Shown piece by piece: positions 1 to 7,862 of a stretch of 64,000 nucleotides of DNA. The stretch is from assembly GCA_965231915.1 (NCBI GenBank), contig OZ246892.1, forward strand, positions 1,536,151 through 1,600,150, read 5' to 3'. The notes beneath the pieces were generated by a model. It made no database searches. It was not told the DNA's origin and saw only the letters and a list, made by a program, of their open reading frames with translations. Position 1 is the stretch's first letter. The number at the start of each line of letters is the position of its first letter. Source of the stretch: Acidimicrobiales bacterium. GTDB lineage: Bacteria; Actinomycetota; Acidimicrobiia; Acidimicrobiales; Bin134. Made by a program: the position numbers and the translations under genes.

Positions 1-894
1 GGGCTTGAACTCCACCACCAGCGCCTCGCCCTCGCCGATGCGCCAGTAGCCGAACTCGAAGTGGCGGTCATCGGGGGAGCCGCCCACTCGGAGGTAGTGC
101 TCGGTGGTGAGCTGCAACTGGTTCTCGGCTTTCACCAGCGTGTCGGTCCAGTCGGCGTAGTCGGACTGAACCGACAGCACCATCTGGGCCGCGATAGCCA
201 GCCGCTTCGACATCTCGGCCGCATCCGGGGTGTGAATCACCGGGGTGGGCTCGAGTGGCTCGATCATCAGCCGAGGCGACGACTGGGCGTCACGGTCGTC
301 GTAGACGATGCGCATCATCAGCTCCCGCGTCTCCAGGGCGACCTGCATCCAGTTGTCGACGCCGGGATCGTCCACCGAGAGCACGAAATCAACGTTTCCG
401 GCGCCGTCGGTGAACTCGTCGAGCAGGGCGGTGAACGGCGTCTGCGACCAGCTCGGATTGAACTCCTCCAGCACGGCGACAGCCCGGTCGCCCACCGAGT
501 CGACCCCAACCCAATCGGGCACCTTCGGAGTCCACGCCGACATGTGGACATAGGGGGCAGAGCCCCGTTGGCCGGTGACCCGGTACCGCTTGGCCGCGTC
601 AATGGGCTGCACAATGTGATCCTGGTCGGGCGACTGCACCCCCTGGCCGCCCTTCATGGGCGGCGGGATCACCCAAATCGCCGTCTTCTCCATCGGGGGA
701 AGGTTCTCGATGCAGCGCATATAGGCCATCAGCGACATGCGGGTCAGGTAGCGGAACCCCTCCACTCGGTCTTGCTCGTTGGCGTTGGGGGTGCGGTCGA
801 TCACCACCTGGCCTGCGGCTCGCATCGTGTCGCAGAAGTCGTTCCATGCCTCCCCGGTCATCAAGCGCTCGCGTGCGGCTACATCGTTCGTCAT
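1..894 (-). CDS. conserved hypothetical protein, N-terminal part only; runs off the left edge (DUF1214-like, tentative)
   Basis: The minus-strand frame is open from ATG 894..892 to position 1. It is absent from the ORF track because it has no stop in the window. My translation is MTNDVAARERLMTGEAWNDFCDTMRAAGQVVIDRTPNANEQDRVEGFRYLTRMSLMAYMRCIENLPPMEK... Composition is normal, unlike the antisense ORF 61..900(+). Confidence 0.6.
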   Translation of the reverse strand, partial: MTNDVAARERLMTGEAWNDFCDTMRAAGQVVIDRTPNANEQDRVEGFRYLTRMSLMAYMRCIENLPPMEKTAIWVIPPPMKGGQGVQSPDQDHIVQPIDAAKRYRVTGQRGSAPYVHMSAWTPKVPDWVGVDSVGDRAVAVLEEFNPSWSQTPFTALLDEFTDGAGNVDFVLSVDDPGVDNWMQVALETRELMMRIVYDDRDAQSSPRLMIEPLEPTPVIHTPDAAEMSKRLAIAAQMVLSVQSDYADWTDTLVKAENQLQLTTEHYLRVGGSPDDRHFEFGYWRIGEGEALVVEFKP

Positions 895-968
895 GGCTGA
901 CCCTTCCTCAAGCTCCCGCTTACTCTAAGCGGCCCGATAGCGATAGAAAGAAGCATCGGAGGTACCCC

Positions 969-1817
969 ATGAAGCTCGCGTTCAAGACCATGCCCCAGAA
1001 CATCGAGTGGTCGGTCATGCTGGAGACGTGGCAGGAAATCGACGCCGATCCTCGCTATGAGTCGGCTTGGCTGTTCGACCACTTCTATCCCATCTATGGC
1101 AGCGAAGAAGGCCCGTGCCTGGAGTCATGGGTAGCGCTGAGCGCGCTGGCCCAGGCCACCCACCGCATTCGGATCGGGTCGATGGTCAATGCGGCCCCCT
1201 ACCGCAATCCCGGATTGTTCGCCGCCATGGCCTCGACGCTCGACATCATCTCCAGCGGCCGACTCGACCTCGGCCTCGGTGCTGGCTGGAACGTGTCAGA
1301 ATCCAGCGCTTACGGGATCGATCTCGGTACCTTGACCGAGCGCTTCGACCGGTTTGAGGAGTACTTGGAGTGCGTGGTCTCGCTGCTCAGCCAGCCGGTC
1401 ACCAACTTCCAAGGCCGCTACTACGCCCTCACCGACGCCCGCAATGATCCCAAGGGGCCCCAGCAGCCTGCCCCGCCCATCGTCATCGGCGGTGCCGGCC
1501 CCCGTCGCACCATGCCCCTGGTGGCCCGATGGGCCGACCACTGGAACTTCCCCATGGGCAAGGTGGACAAGTTTGCCGAGATCAAAGCTCGGCTGGCCGA
1601 GTGCTGTGAGGAAATCGGCCGCGACTTCGCCGAGATCACAACGTCGACCCACCTGATCTACCGAGCCGAAGACTCCATCGGCAAAATCTTGGCTCAAGCC
1701 GAGCAATACAAAGAGGCCGGCCTCGACCTCGCCATCCTCTACCCCTTCTCACCCGTCGACCCCGCCTCCGTCCACGACATGGCCGACGCCCTGGAACCTC
1801 TGATTGAGGCCGTCTAG
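969..1817 (+). CDS. LLM-class (luciferase-like) F420-dependent oxidoreductase
   Basis: Starts MKLAFKTMPQNIEW and contains GRLDLGLGAGW, a typical luciferase-like monooxygenase pattern. GGAGG lies just upstream of ATG 969. Track ORF 846..1817 carries a spurious N-terminal extension. Confidence 0.85.
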   Translation: MKLAFKTMPQNIEWSVMLETWQEIDADPRYESAWLFDHFYPIYGSEEGPCLESWVALSALAQATHRIRIGSMVNAAPYRNPGLFAAMASTLDIISSGRLDLGLGAGWNVSESSAYGIDLGTLTERFDRFEEYLECVVSLLSQPVTNFQGRYYALTDARNDPKGPQQPAPPIVIGGAGPRRTMPLVARWADHWNFPMGKVDKFAEIKARLAECCEEIGRDFAEITTSTHLIYRAEDSIGKILAQAEQYKEAGLDLAILYPFSPVDPASVHDMADALEPLIEAV

Positions 1818-1828
1818 ACGACGTCCCT

Positions 1829-2236
1829 TCACCGTCGGGCGTCTACGACGCGGGCGGGGCCGTTCCAGGCGATCATTTCCGAGTCGGTGGTTACCAGTTG
1901 GCTGTTGGTGAGCAGGGCTGTGGCCATGATGAACCGGTCGGCGGGGTCTTTGTCGGCCCATTCGCTGCGGAGTTGCACGGCCCGGGCGGCGATATTCCCG
2001 TCTATGGGAATGGTGATCACTCGTTCTTCCTTCAGTCCATCCAGGAATGCGGCAAAATCGACTTGGAGCTTTCCCTTGGCGGTTTGCTCTCCGATTTCCC
2101 AGACAGTGGCGGCGCTGATGGCGGCCTCACCTCGTCGCTGGGCGTCGACCACGAATTCTCTGGCATCCTGCGAGATTTCTTCCACACCTCGTCTAGTACC
2201 GAAGCGCAAGATCACATTTGTGTCCAGGATGATCAT
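1829..2236 (-). CDS. vapC: PIN-domain ribonuclease toxin (VapC-like)
   Basis: Has the MIILDTNVIL N-terminus and a conserved acidic residue near the C-terminus (VTTDSEM). It is 135 aa. Its ATG overlaps the stop of the upstream antitoxin gene as ATGA (2233..2236). Confidence 0.85.
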   Translation of the reverse strand: MIILDTNVILRFGTRRGVEEISQDAREFVVDAQRRGEAAISAATVWEIGEQTAKGKLQVDFAAFLDGLKEERVITIPIDGNIAARAVQLRSEWADKDPADRFIMATALLTNSQLVTTDSEMIAWNGPARVVDARR

Positions 2237-2595
2237 GCTTGTCGGTTTCCGCTATCTGACATGTACTTGCGGTAGTTTTCTGAGCGCTCCCAACTAGCAT
2301 CCATCTGCTCCTCCCAATCGGGGTCGCAGGCCGTCATGTTGTCCATGTCGAAATCGTCGGGAATGTGGATGATGCCCTCGAGAAAGCCTTCGAATGACGG
2401 CACCAGGTACTTCGGAGGGAGGATGTGGGCTATGACCTTGCCGTTCTTGGTGAGGGTGATCTCCTTGTAGTCCTCTCCGAGTTCGTCGAGCATTTGGGAG
2501 ATGTTGCCCCGGAACTTGCTGACCGGGACGCTGAGAACCTCGATCATGAATTTGGAGGTATCAGTATGGCGGGTGAAGTCAGAATCCATAGGCAA
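2233..2595 (-). CDS. type II antitoxin (Phd/YefM-like N-terminal domain)
   Basis: VPVSKFRGNISQMLDELGEDYKEITLTKNGKVIAHILPP resembles the Phd/YefM fold. It sits immediately upstream of the PIN toxin and overlaps it. The start may instead be the internal MIEVL (2547). Confidence 0.7.
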   Translation of the reverse strand: MPMDSDFTRHTDTSKFMIEVLSVPVSKFRGNISQMLDELGEDYKEITLTKNGKVIAHILPPKYLVPSFEGFLEGIIHIPDDFDMDNMTACDPDWEEQMDASWERSENYRKYMSDSGNRQA

Positions 2596-2597
2596 AA

Positions 2598-2612
2598 TTG
2601 TACAATGTGTAC
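2598..2612. promoter_or_regulatory. palindromic candidate operator upstream of the antitoxin-vapC operon
   Basis: TTGTACAA (2598..2605) and GTACA-ATG-TGTAC (2600..2612) lie in a locally AT-rich patch directly 5' of the antitoxin start. Confidence 0.3.
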
Positions 2613-2687
2613 GAACTGGCGACAGCCTGGTTTTTCTCCCGGTGCCGGATCATCGGGTTGGGCAGGTCGTTGGGTACAGTCGGATGT

Positions 2688-3965
2688 GTGCCGGGTGAGG
2701 GGGCGATAACCGATGAGGCCATTGGCCGGTTGCGGGCTCGGATCGGGATCGCCCAGCCGCATCCGCAGCCTCCGTGGTATCGGGAGCCCAACACCGATGC
2801 GTTTCGCCAGGTTGCGGAGGCGTTCGGCGACGACAATCCGCTGTGGTGCGATCCCGACTACGGCGCCGGCACGGTGTGGGGAGGGCCGATCGCCTCGCCC
2901 AACATGAACGGGGGCGACACGCTCATCGGGGAGAACGAGGTTCGAAGGCTCGACCCCGATACCAGGGCGCTGCTCAAAGGCGACCCGCTGAAGGGGGCCC
3001 ACGCCTACTACTCGGGGAGCTACCGGGAGTGGTGGGTGCCGCTGCGACCGGGGATGCGGGTCACCCGCAGAAACGCCCTCGTCGGAGTGGATGAGAAGGA
3101 GAGCGAGTTCGCGGCCCGCACCGTCCACGAGTGGACCGCGGAGGTGTTCGCCGCCGAGGATGCCGTGCTGTCGGCCCAGTACCGGCTGATGATCCGCACC
3201 GACCGGGGGGCGGTGGAGCGCAAGGCCGACGAAGGCGGGGGCAAGTACGACGGCATCGAGATCGAGCCCTACACCGATGAGCAGATCGCCGAGATCACTG
3301 AGGCGGCGAGCACCGAGTCCGAGCGCCGCCGGGGGGCCGAGTCCCGCTGGTGGGAGGACGTGCAGGAGGGCGACGAGCTGCCGCCGCTGGTCAAAGGGCC
3401 CATGCGGGTGACCGACATGGTGGTGTGGCACACCGGTATGGGCATGGGCCTGTACGGGGTCAAAGCGCTGCGGCTCGGCGTCCAGCAGCGCCAGCGGGTG
3501 CCGGGGTTCTTCCGTCCCGACGATCTCAACATCCCCGACGTCCAACAGCGTGTCCACTGGGATCCCGAGTGGGCCCGGCGGGCAGGCAACCCGGCCGTCT
3601 ACGACTACGGCCGGATGCGCGAGACCTGGCTGGTACACCTGTGTACCGACTGGATGGGCGACGACGCCTGGCTGGCCGCCCTCGATGTGCAGTTCCGCCG
3701 GTTCAACTATGTGGGCGACACTCACTGGATGCGGGGCACGGTGACCCGCAAGTATCTCAACGACGAGGGCGCGCCGGCGGTCGACCTCGACATCTGCGGC
3801 GAGAACCAGCGGGGCGAGACCACCTGCCCTGGCCACGCCACGATCTTGTTGCCCAGCCGAGAGCATGGCCCAGTGCGACTGCCGATGCCGCCAGGAGGGG
3901 CGACAACCGCCGCTGAAGCACTCGAAGCCCTTGTCGAGCGATTCGGCGAGATGTCGGCGGAATGA
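2688..3965 (+). CDS. MaoC/FAS1-like double hot-dog acyl dehydratase family protein
   Basis: ITDEAIGRLRARIGI N-terminus, with a C-terminal half typical of MaoC-like hydratases (DELPPLVKGPMRVTDMVVW...YDYGRMRETW). The GTG at 2688 was chosen as start; the track ORF begins at TTG 2598, abutting the divergent gene. Confidence 0.7.
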   Translation: MPGEGAITDEAIGRLRARIGIAQPHPQPPWYREPNTDAFRQVAEAFGDDNPLWCDPDYGAGTVWGGPIASPNMNGGDTLIGENEVRRLDPDTRALLKGDPLKGAHAYYSGSYREWWVPLRPGMRVTRRNALVGVDEKESEFAARTVHEWTAEVFAAEDAVLSAQYRLMIRTDRGAVERKADEGGGKYDGIEIEPYTDEQIAEITEAASTESERRRGAESRWWEDVQEGDELPPLVKGPMRVTDMVVWHTGMGMGLYGVKALRLGVQQRQRVPGFFRPDDLNIPDVQQRVHWDPEWARRAGNPAVYDYGRMRETWLVHLCTDWMGDDAWLAALDVQFRRFNYVGDTHWMRGTVTRKYLNDEGAPAVDLDICGENQRGETTCPGHATILLPSREHGPVRLPMPPGGATTAAEALEALVERFGEMSAE

Positions 3966-5236
3966 CTTCCGACCGCCTCCGAATCGGCGAGACCAGCAGC
4001 GACGAAGAGATTCGTGCCGCGGTCTCCCAATGGGTCACCGAGCACGTTCCCGAGGCGTGGCGCGATGCCGCACCCCGAGGGCGGCGGGCCATCCGAGAGG
4101 TCCGACCACGAGGCGACTACGAGGCCTGGTATCCCACGCTCGCCGCATCCGGGCTGGCGGTGGCCACCTGGCCCGTCGAATACGGGGGACTCGACCTGCC
4201 CCCAGCCAAGGCCCGGGTGGCCGAGGGAGTGCTCGCCCCGCTCAACTTGGGGCGGTTGAACCCCCTGGGACTGCACAACACTGCCCCGGCGCTGTTCGCC
4301 CACGGCACCGAGGAGCAGCGGCTGCGCTTCTTGCCACCCATGGTGGCCAACCAGGAGCGGTGGTGCCAGATGTTCAGCGAGCCCGGCGCCGGTTCCGATC
4401 TGGCCTCGCTGGCCATGCGGGCCGAGCGCGACGGCGACGAGTGGATTCTCACCGGCCAAAAGGTGTGGAGCACCTGGGCTCATGAGTCTGAATTCGCCAT
4501 CTGCCTGGCTCGCACCGATCCCAACGTTCCCAAGCGCCGGGGCATCACCTATTTCCTGGTCGACTTGACCTCACCCGGCGTCGAAGTTCGGCCCCTTCGC
4601 CACATCGGCGGCGAGATCGACTTCAACGAGGTGTGGCTAGAAGATGTTCGGGTACCCGACTTCCACCGGGTGGGTGCCGCGGGCAACGGGTGGCGAGTGG
4701 CCGCATCCACCCTGGCCGCTGAGCGACAGATGGTGGCCGGAGCGGGATCGGGCGGTGTTGACCGCATTGGGGGAGGGGGGATTGAGAGCCTGCTCCAACA
4801 GGCTCGCCAAACCGGCATCGGCGGAGTCGGGCGAGATCGGCTGATGCGCATCTATTGCGAGGAAAAGGTGCGGTCGTGGACCAACGAGCGGGTTCGGGCC
4901 ACGGCCAAGGCCGGGGAAACACCGGGGCCGGACGCATCCATCGGCAAGGTGCAACAAAGCCAGCTCAACCAGGCTCTCCAGTTGGCCGCCGCCGACCTTA
5001 TGGGCATGGCGTCGGTGGCCTGGATGACCGGAGAACCGGCCGACGGGCAAGACTCCATCGAAGCCTGGGCCACGGCTATGCCCTATGCCGCCAAGGGCAT
5101 GCTGCGGAGCCGGGCCAACACTATTGAGGGGGGAACCACCGAGGTCAACAAGAACGTGATCGGCGAGAAGGTGCTCGGCCTGCCCCGCGAGCCCGACCCC
5201 TATCACGACATGGCATGGCAGGAAGTTCCGAGATAG
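3962..5236 (+). CDS. acyl-CoA dehydrogenase family protein
   Basis: Contains WCQMFSEPGAGSDLASL and the C-terminal GGTTEVNKNVIGEKVLGLPREP motif. There is an ATGA overlap with the upstream dehydratase gene. Confidence 0.9.
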   Translation: MTSDRLRIGETSSDEEIRAAVSQWVTEHVPEAWRDAAPRGRRAIREVRPRGDYEAWYPTLAASGLAVATWPVEYGGLDLPPAKARVAEGVLAPLNLGRLNPLGLHNTAPALFAHGTEEQRLRFLPPMVANQERWCQMFSEPGAGSDLASLAMRAERDGDEWILTGQKVWSTWAHESEFAICLARTDPNVPKRRGITYFLVDLTSPGVEVRPLRHIGGEIDFNEVWLEDVRVPDFHRVGAAGNGWRVAASTLAAERQMVAGAGSGGVDRIGGGGIESLLQQARQTGIGGVGRDRLMRIYCEEKVRSWTNERVRATAKAGETPGPDASIGKVQQSQLNQALQLAAADLMGMASVAWMTGEPADGQDSIEAWATAMPYAAKGMLRSRANTIEGGTTEVNKNVIGEKVLGLPREPDPYHDMAWQEVPR

Positions 5237-5267
5237 CCAAGGGCTAGGAGCGAAAGGAGCGACACTC

Positions 5268-6005
5268 ATGTTCGAGCTCAATCAGAAAACGGCGCTGGTA
5301 ACTGGCGCGGGCCAAAACGTCGGCGCAGGTATCGCCCGTACGCTGGCGTCCCAGGGGGCCCACGTTTTGGTCAACGACATCGTCGTCGACCGGGCAGGTG
5401 AAGTGGCTGATCAGATTGCGGCCTCCGGCTGCTCCGCAGAAGCGCTGCCCTTCGACGTCACCGACGGCGACGATGTGCGGGCGGCCATCGCCGATCGGCC
5501 CATCGACATCCTTGTCAACAACGCCGGCAACAGCGGGGCCGAAATGATGCAGGTCAAGCCCTTCGCGGAGACTGAGCCAGCAGACTGGGCAGGACCCCTG
5601 GCCGTCAACCTAGATGGGGTCATGAACTGCACCCACACCGTTCTCCCCGGGATGATCGAGCGGGGCTGGGGCCGAGTCATCGGCGTCGTCTCAGGGGCTG
5701 GCACCGTCGGCGTAAACATCGGCGTGGCGGCCTATTCGGCGGGCAAAGGCGGTGCGGCCGGGTTGTTGCGCTCAGTGGCGCTTGAGGTGGCCAAAACGGG
5801 AGTCACAGTGAACTCCATCGCCCTCGGACTGATGTCGAACACCGGCGACACCGGTGTCACCGACCAACTGGCCAGGGCCATCCCGACCCGCCGTTTGGGC
5901 ACCCCCGAAGACGTCGCCGCCCTGTGCGCCTACCTCGCCTCCGAGGAAGCCTCCTGGATGACCGCCCAAACCATCCCCCTCGCCGGAGGCTCCATCACCA
6001 GCTGA
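5268..6005 (+). CDS. SDR family oxidoreductase
   Basis: Has the TGAGQNVGAG dinucleotide-binding motif, NNAG, and YSAGK (YxxxK). Confidence 0.9.
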   Translation: MFELNQKTALVTGAGQNVGAGIARTLASQGAHVLVNDIVVDRAGEVADQIAASGCSAEALPFDVTDGDDVRAAIADRPIDILVNNAGNSGAEMMQVKPFAETEPADWAGPLAVNLDGVMNCTHTVLPGMIERGWGRVIGVVSGAGTVGVNIGVAAYSAGKGGAAGLLRSVALEVAKTGVTVNSIALGLMSNTGDTGVTDQLARAIPTRRLGTPEDVAALCAYLASEEASWMTAQTIPLAGGSITS

Positions 6006-6029
6006 ACCCCAACCGCCTAGTCTGCGGAG

Positions 6030-7157
6030 ATGGCAATATCCACCGAGGCCGCCGTCTTGCGGGCGGTAGGGGAGCCGCTGTCTATAGAGGCGATTCAGGT
6101 TCACCCGCCCTCTCACGGTGAGGTGATCTTGGAGATGGGGGCCGCGGGAATATGCGGCTCGGACCGCTATGTGATCGAGGGCACGTACCCGGTGGAGCCG
6201 CCCGCGGTTTGCGGTCACGAGGGCGCCGGGGTGGTGGCCGAGGTCGGACCGGGCGTGCGGTCGCTGGAAGTTGGAGACAGCGTTGTCCAGATATTCATCG
6301 GGCCGTGCGGTACCTGCCGGAACTGCCAGAGAGGGCTCAAAACCTTCTGCTCCACAGGTATGGACGCGTCGGGGCGGTTGCGCGACGGCACCTATCGCAT
6401 GTTCGACCAATCGGGGGCTGCGGTGGGGACCCATCTCGGGCTTGGGAGCTTTGCCCGCTACACCGTCACCCCTGAGCGCCACCTGGTGAAGATTCCCGAC
6501 GGGGTGGAGCCCGCAGTGGCGGCCCTGGTCTCCTGCGGGGTATCGACGGGCGTCGGAGCGGCGGTAAATGTCGCCCGCGTCCAGCCCGGTGATGCAGTGC
6601 TGGTGCTCGGCTTAGGCGGGGTGGGAGCAGCGGCGGTGATGGGGGCGGCGCTGGCGGGCGCGGAGCGAATCGTGGCCGTGGATGTCAAGGCCGAAAAACT
6701 CGCCCTCGCCTCTGAGTACGGGGCAACCGACGTCGTGGATGCCAGTGCCGACGACGTTGCCGATGCGGTGGGGGAGTTAACCGGCGGTCGGGGAGTGGAC
6801 GCGGTGTTGCTCACCCCAGATCGGGTCCGTCCCGAGCACTACGAGACGGCCATTGCCTGTCTCGCCCCGGCCGGGATAGTGGTGCAAGTGGGCGGCACGT
6901 CGCACGGGATGGAATCGATCCCGATTTCCCCCAATGCGCTGTTGGCCCAAAGGGCCATTGTCGGCACAACGATCGGAGGTCCCGACCCCGCAAGAGACGT
7001 TGTGCGCTGGATCGACCTCTACCTAGCCGGAAGGCTGCCGCTGGAGAAGCTCGTCACCCGGCGCTACCCCCTCGAAGAAATCAATACCGGCTTCTCCGAC
7101 TTGGCCGCGGGCCGCAACATCCGAGGGGTCGTCGCCATGACGGGCGACATGGACTGA
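6030..7157 (+). CDS. zinc-dependent alcohol dehydrogenase family protein
   Basis: Has the GICGSD and CGHEGAGVV zinc-ligand motifs and the LGLGGVG Rossmann motif. Confidence 0.9.
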   Translation: MAISTEAAVLRAVGEPLSIEAIQVHPPSHGEVILEMGAAGICGSDRYVIEGTYPVEPPAVCGHEGAGVVAEVGPGVRSLEVGDSVVQIFIGPCGTCRNCQRGLKTFCSTGMDASGRLRDGTYRMFDQSGAAVGTHLGLGSFARYTVTPERHLVKIPDGVEPAVAALVSCGVSTGVGAAVNVARVQPGDAVLVLGLGGVGAAAVMGAALAGAERIVAVDVKAEKLALASEYGATDVVDASADDVADAVGELTGGRGVDAVLLTPDRVRPEHYETAIACLAPAGIVVQVGGTSHGMESIPISPNALLAQRAIVGTTIGGPDPARDVVRWIDLYLAGRLPLEKLVTRRYPLEEINTGFSDLAAGRNIRGVVAMTGDMD

Positions 7158-7242
7158 AGTTGACGACCTGGCCATAGGCATAGATGCGACTACTAGCACA
7201 GCCAGTACAGGTTGGGCGCTGTCTGTTGCTTTTGGGATCATC

Positions 7243-7278
7243 TGACATTACATTGATGTCAAACAACTCGATTGACAT
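7243..7278. promoter_or_regulatory. candidate relBE operator/promoter (TGACAT half-sites)
   Basis: TGACAT (7243..7248) and ATGTCA (7256..7261) form an inverted repeat. A third TTGACAT lies at 7272..7278, about 22 nt upstream of the antitoxin ATG. Confidence 0.3.
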
Positions 7279-7299
7279 CCAGTCGACCAAGGAGTCCAC

Positions 7300-7521
7300 A
7301 TGAGCCAAATCACCGCCCGGGTTCCCAGCGAGCTTGTTGAGGCGCTGGATGCGGCCGCTGAGGATTTGAAGCGCAGTCGGGCTGACATAATTCGCCAGGC
7401 CTTGGAACGCTATTTAGAAGATTACGACGATCTCGACGTCGCCCTTGAGCGCCTGCGAGATCCAGCCGATCCGGTGCTCGATTGGGACCAGGTCAGACAT
7501 GATCTGCTCAATTCGGATTGA
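7300..7521 (+). CDS. relB: ribbon-helix-helix (CopG/RelB-type) antitoxin
   Basis: ITARVPSELVEALDAAAEDLKRSRADIIRQALERYL is a classic RHH motif. It lies directly upstream of a RelE/ParE toxin gene. Confidence 0.85.
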   Translation: MSQITARVPSELVEALDAAAEDLKRSRADIIRQALERYLEDYDDLDVALERLRDPADPVLDWDQVRHDLLNSD

Positions 7522-7567
7522 ACGCAGCGCGTTCCGAGAATTGGTGATGGCGCAGAAGCCGTAGCCG

Positions 7568-7831
7568 ATGGCCGCATACCCAGTTCGGATCAAGCGCAGC
7601 GCGACCCGCGACTTGGAGCAGATTGCTCGCCAGGATCGTGAGGGCATTGTGTATGCCATCGATCGTCTTGGCGAGCAACCGCATGCGGGCTACCCGTTGA
7701 AAGGAGACTTGCGGGGCCTTCGCCGAATACGCGTCGGCGACTACAGGGTGGTGTACGAAGTGCTCGACGATGAACTGGTGGTCCTCGTGGTTCGAGTCGC
7801 CCATCGCCGGGAGGTCTATCGCCGCCGTTAG
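7568..7831 (+). CDS. relE: RelE/ParE family toxin
   Basis: LKGDLRGLRRIRVGDYRVVYEVLDDELVVLVVRVAHRREVY is the RelE/ParE signature. An in-frame TAG at 7562 fixes the start. Confidence 0.9.
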   Translation: MAAYPVRIKRSATRDLEQIARQDREGIVYAIDRLGEQPHAGYPLKGDLRGLRRIRVGDYRVVYEVLDDELVVLVVRVAHRREVYRRR

Positions 7832-7862
7832 TACGGCCGCCAGGAAAGACCAGGCCCAACCA

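Noticed and set aside
2544-3866. A 440-aa minus-strand ORF. Many similar long ORFs were also noticed: 61..900(+), 14718..15908(-), 15323..16300(+), 16884..17975(+), 30925..31905(-), 32200..33483(+), 33824..34705(-), 38601..39533(-), 42131..43291(-), 52031..53419(-) and 59413..60639(-).
   Set aside because: All lie antisense or out of frame to genes with clear family motifs. Their translations are dominated by Arg/Gly/Pro/His/Ala runs with no recognisable motifs. This is the usual stop-codon-poor artefact of high-GC DNA.
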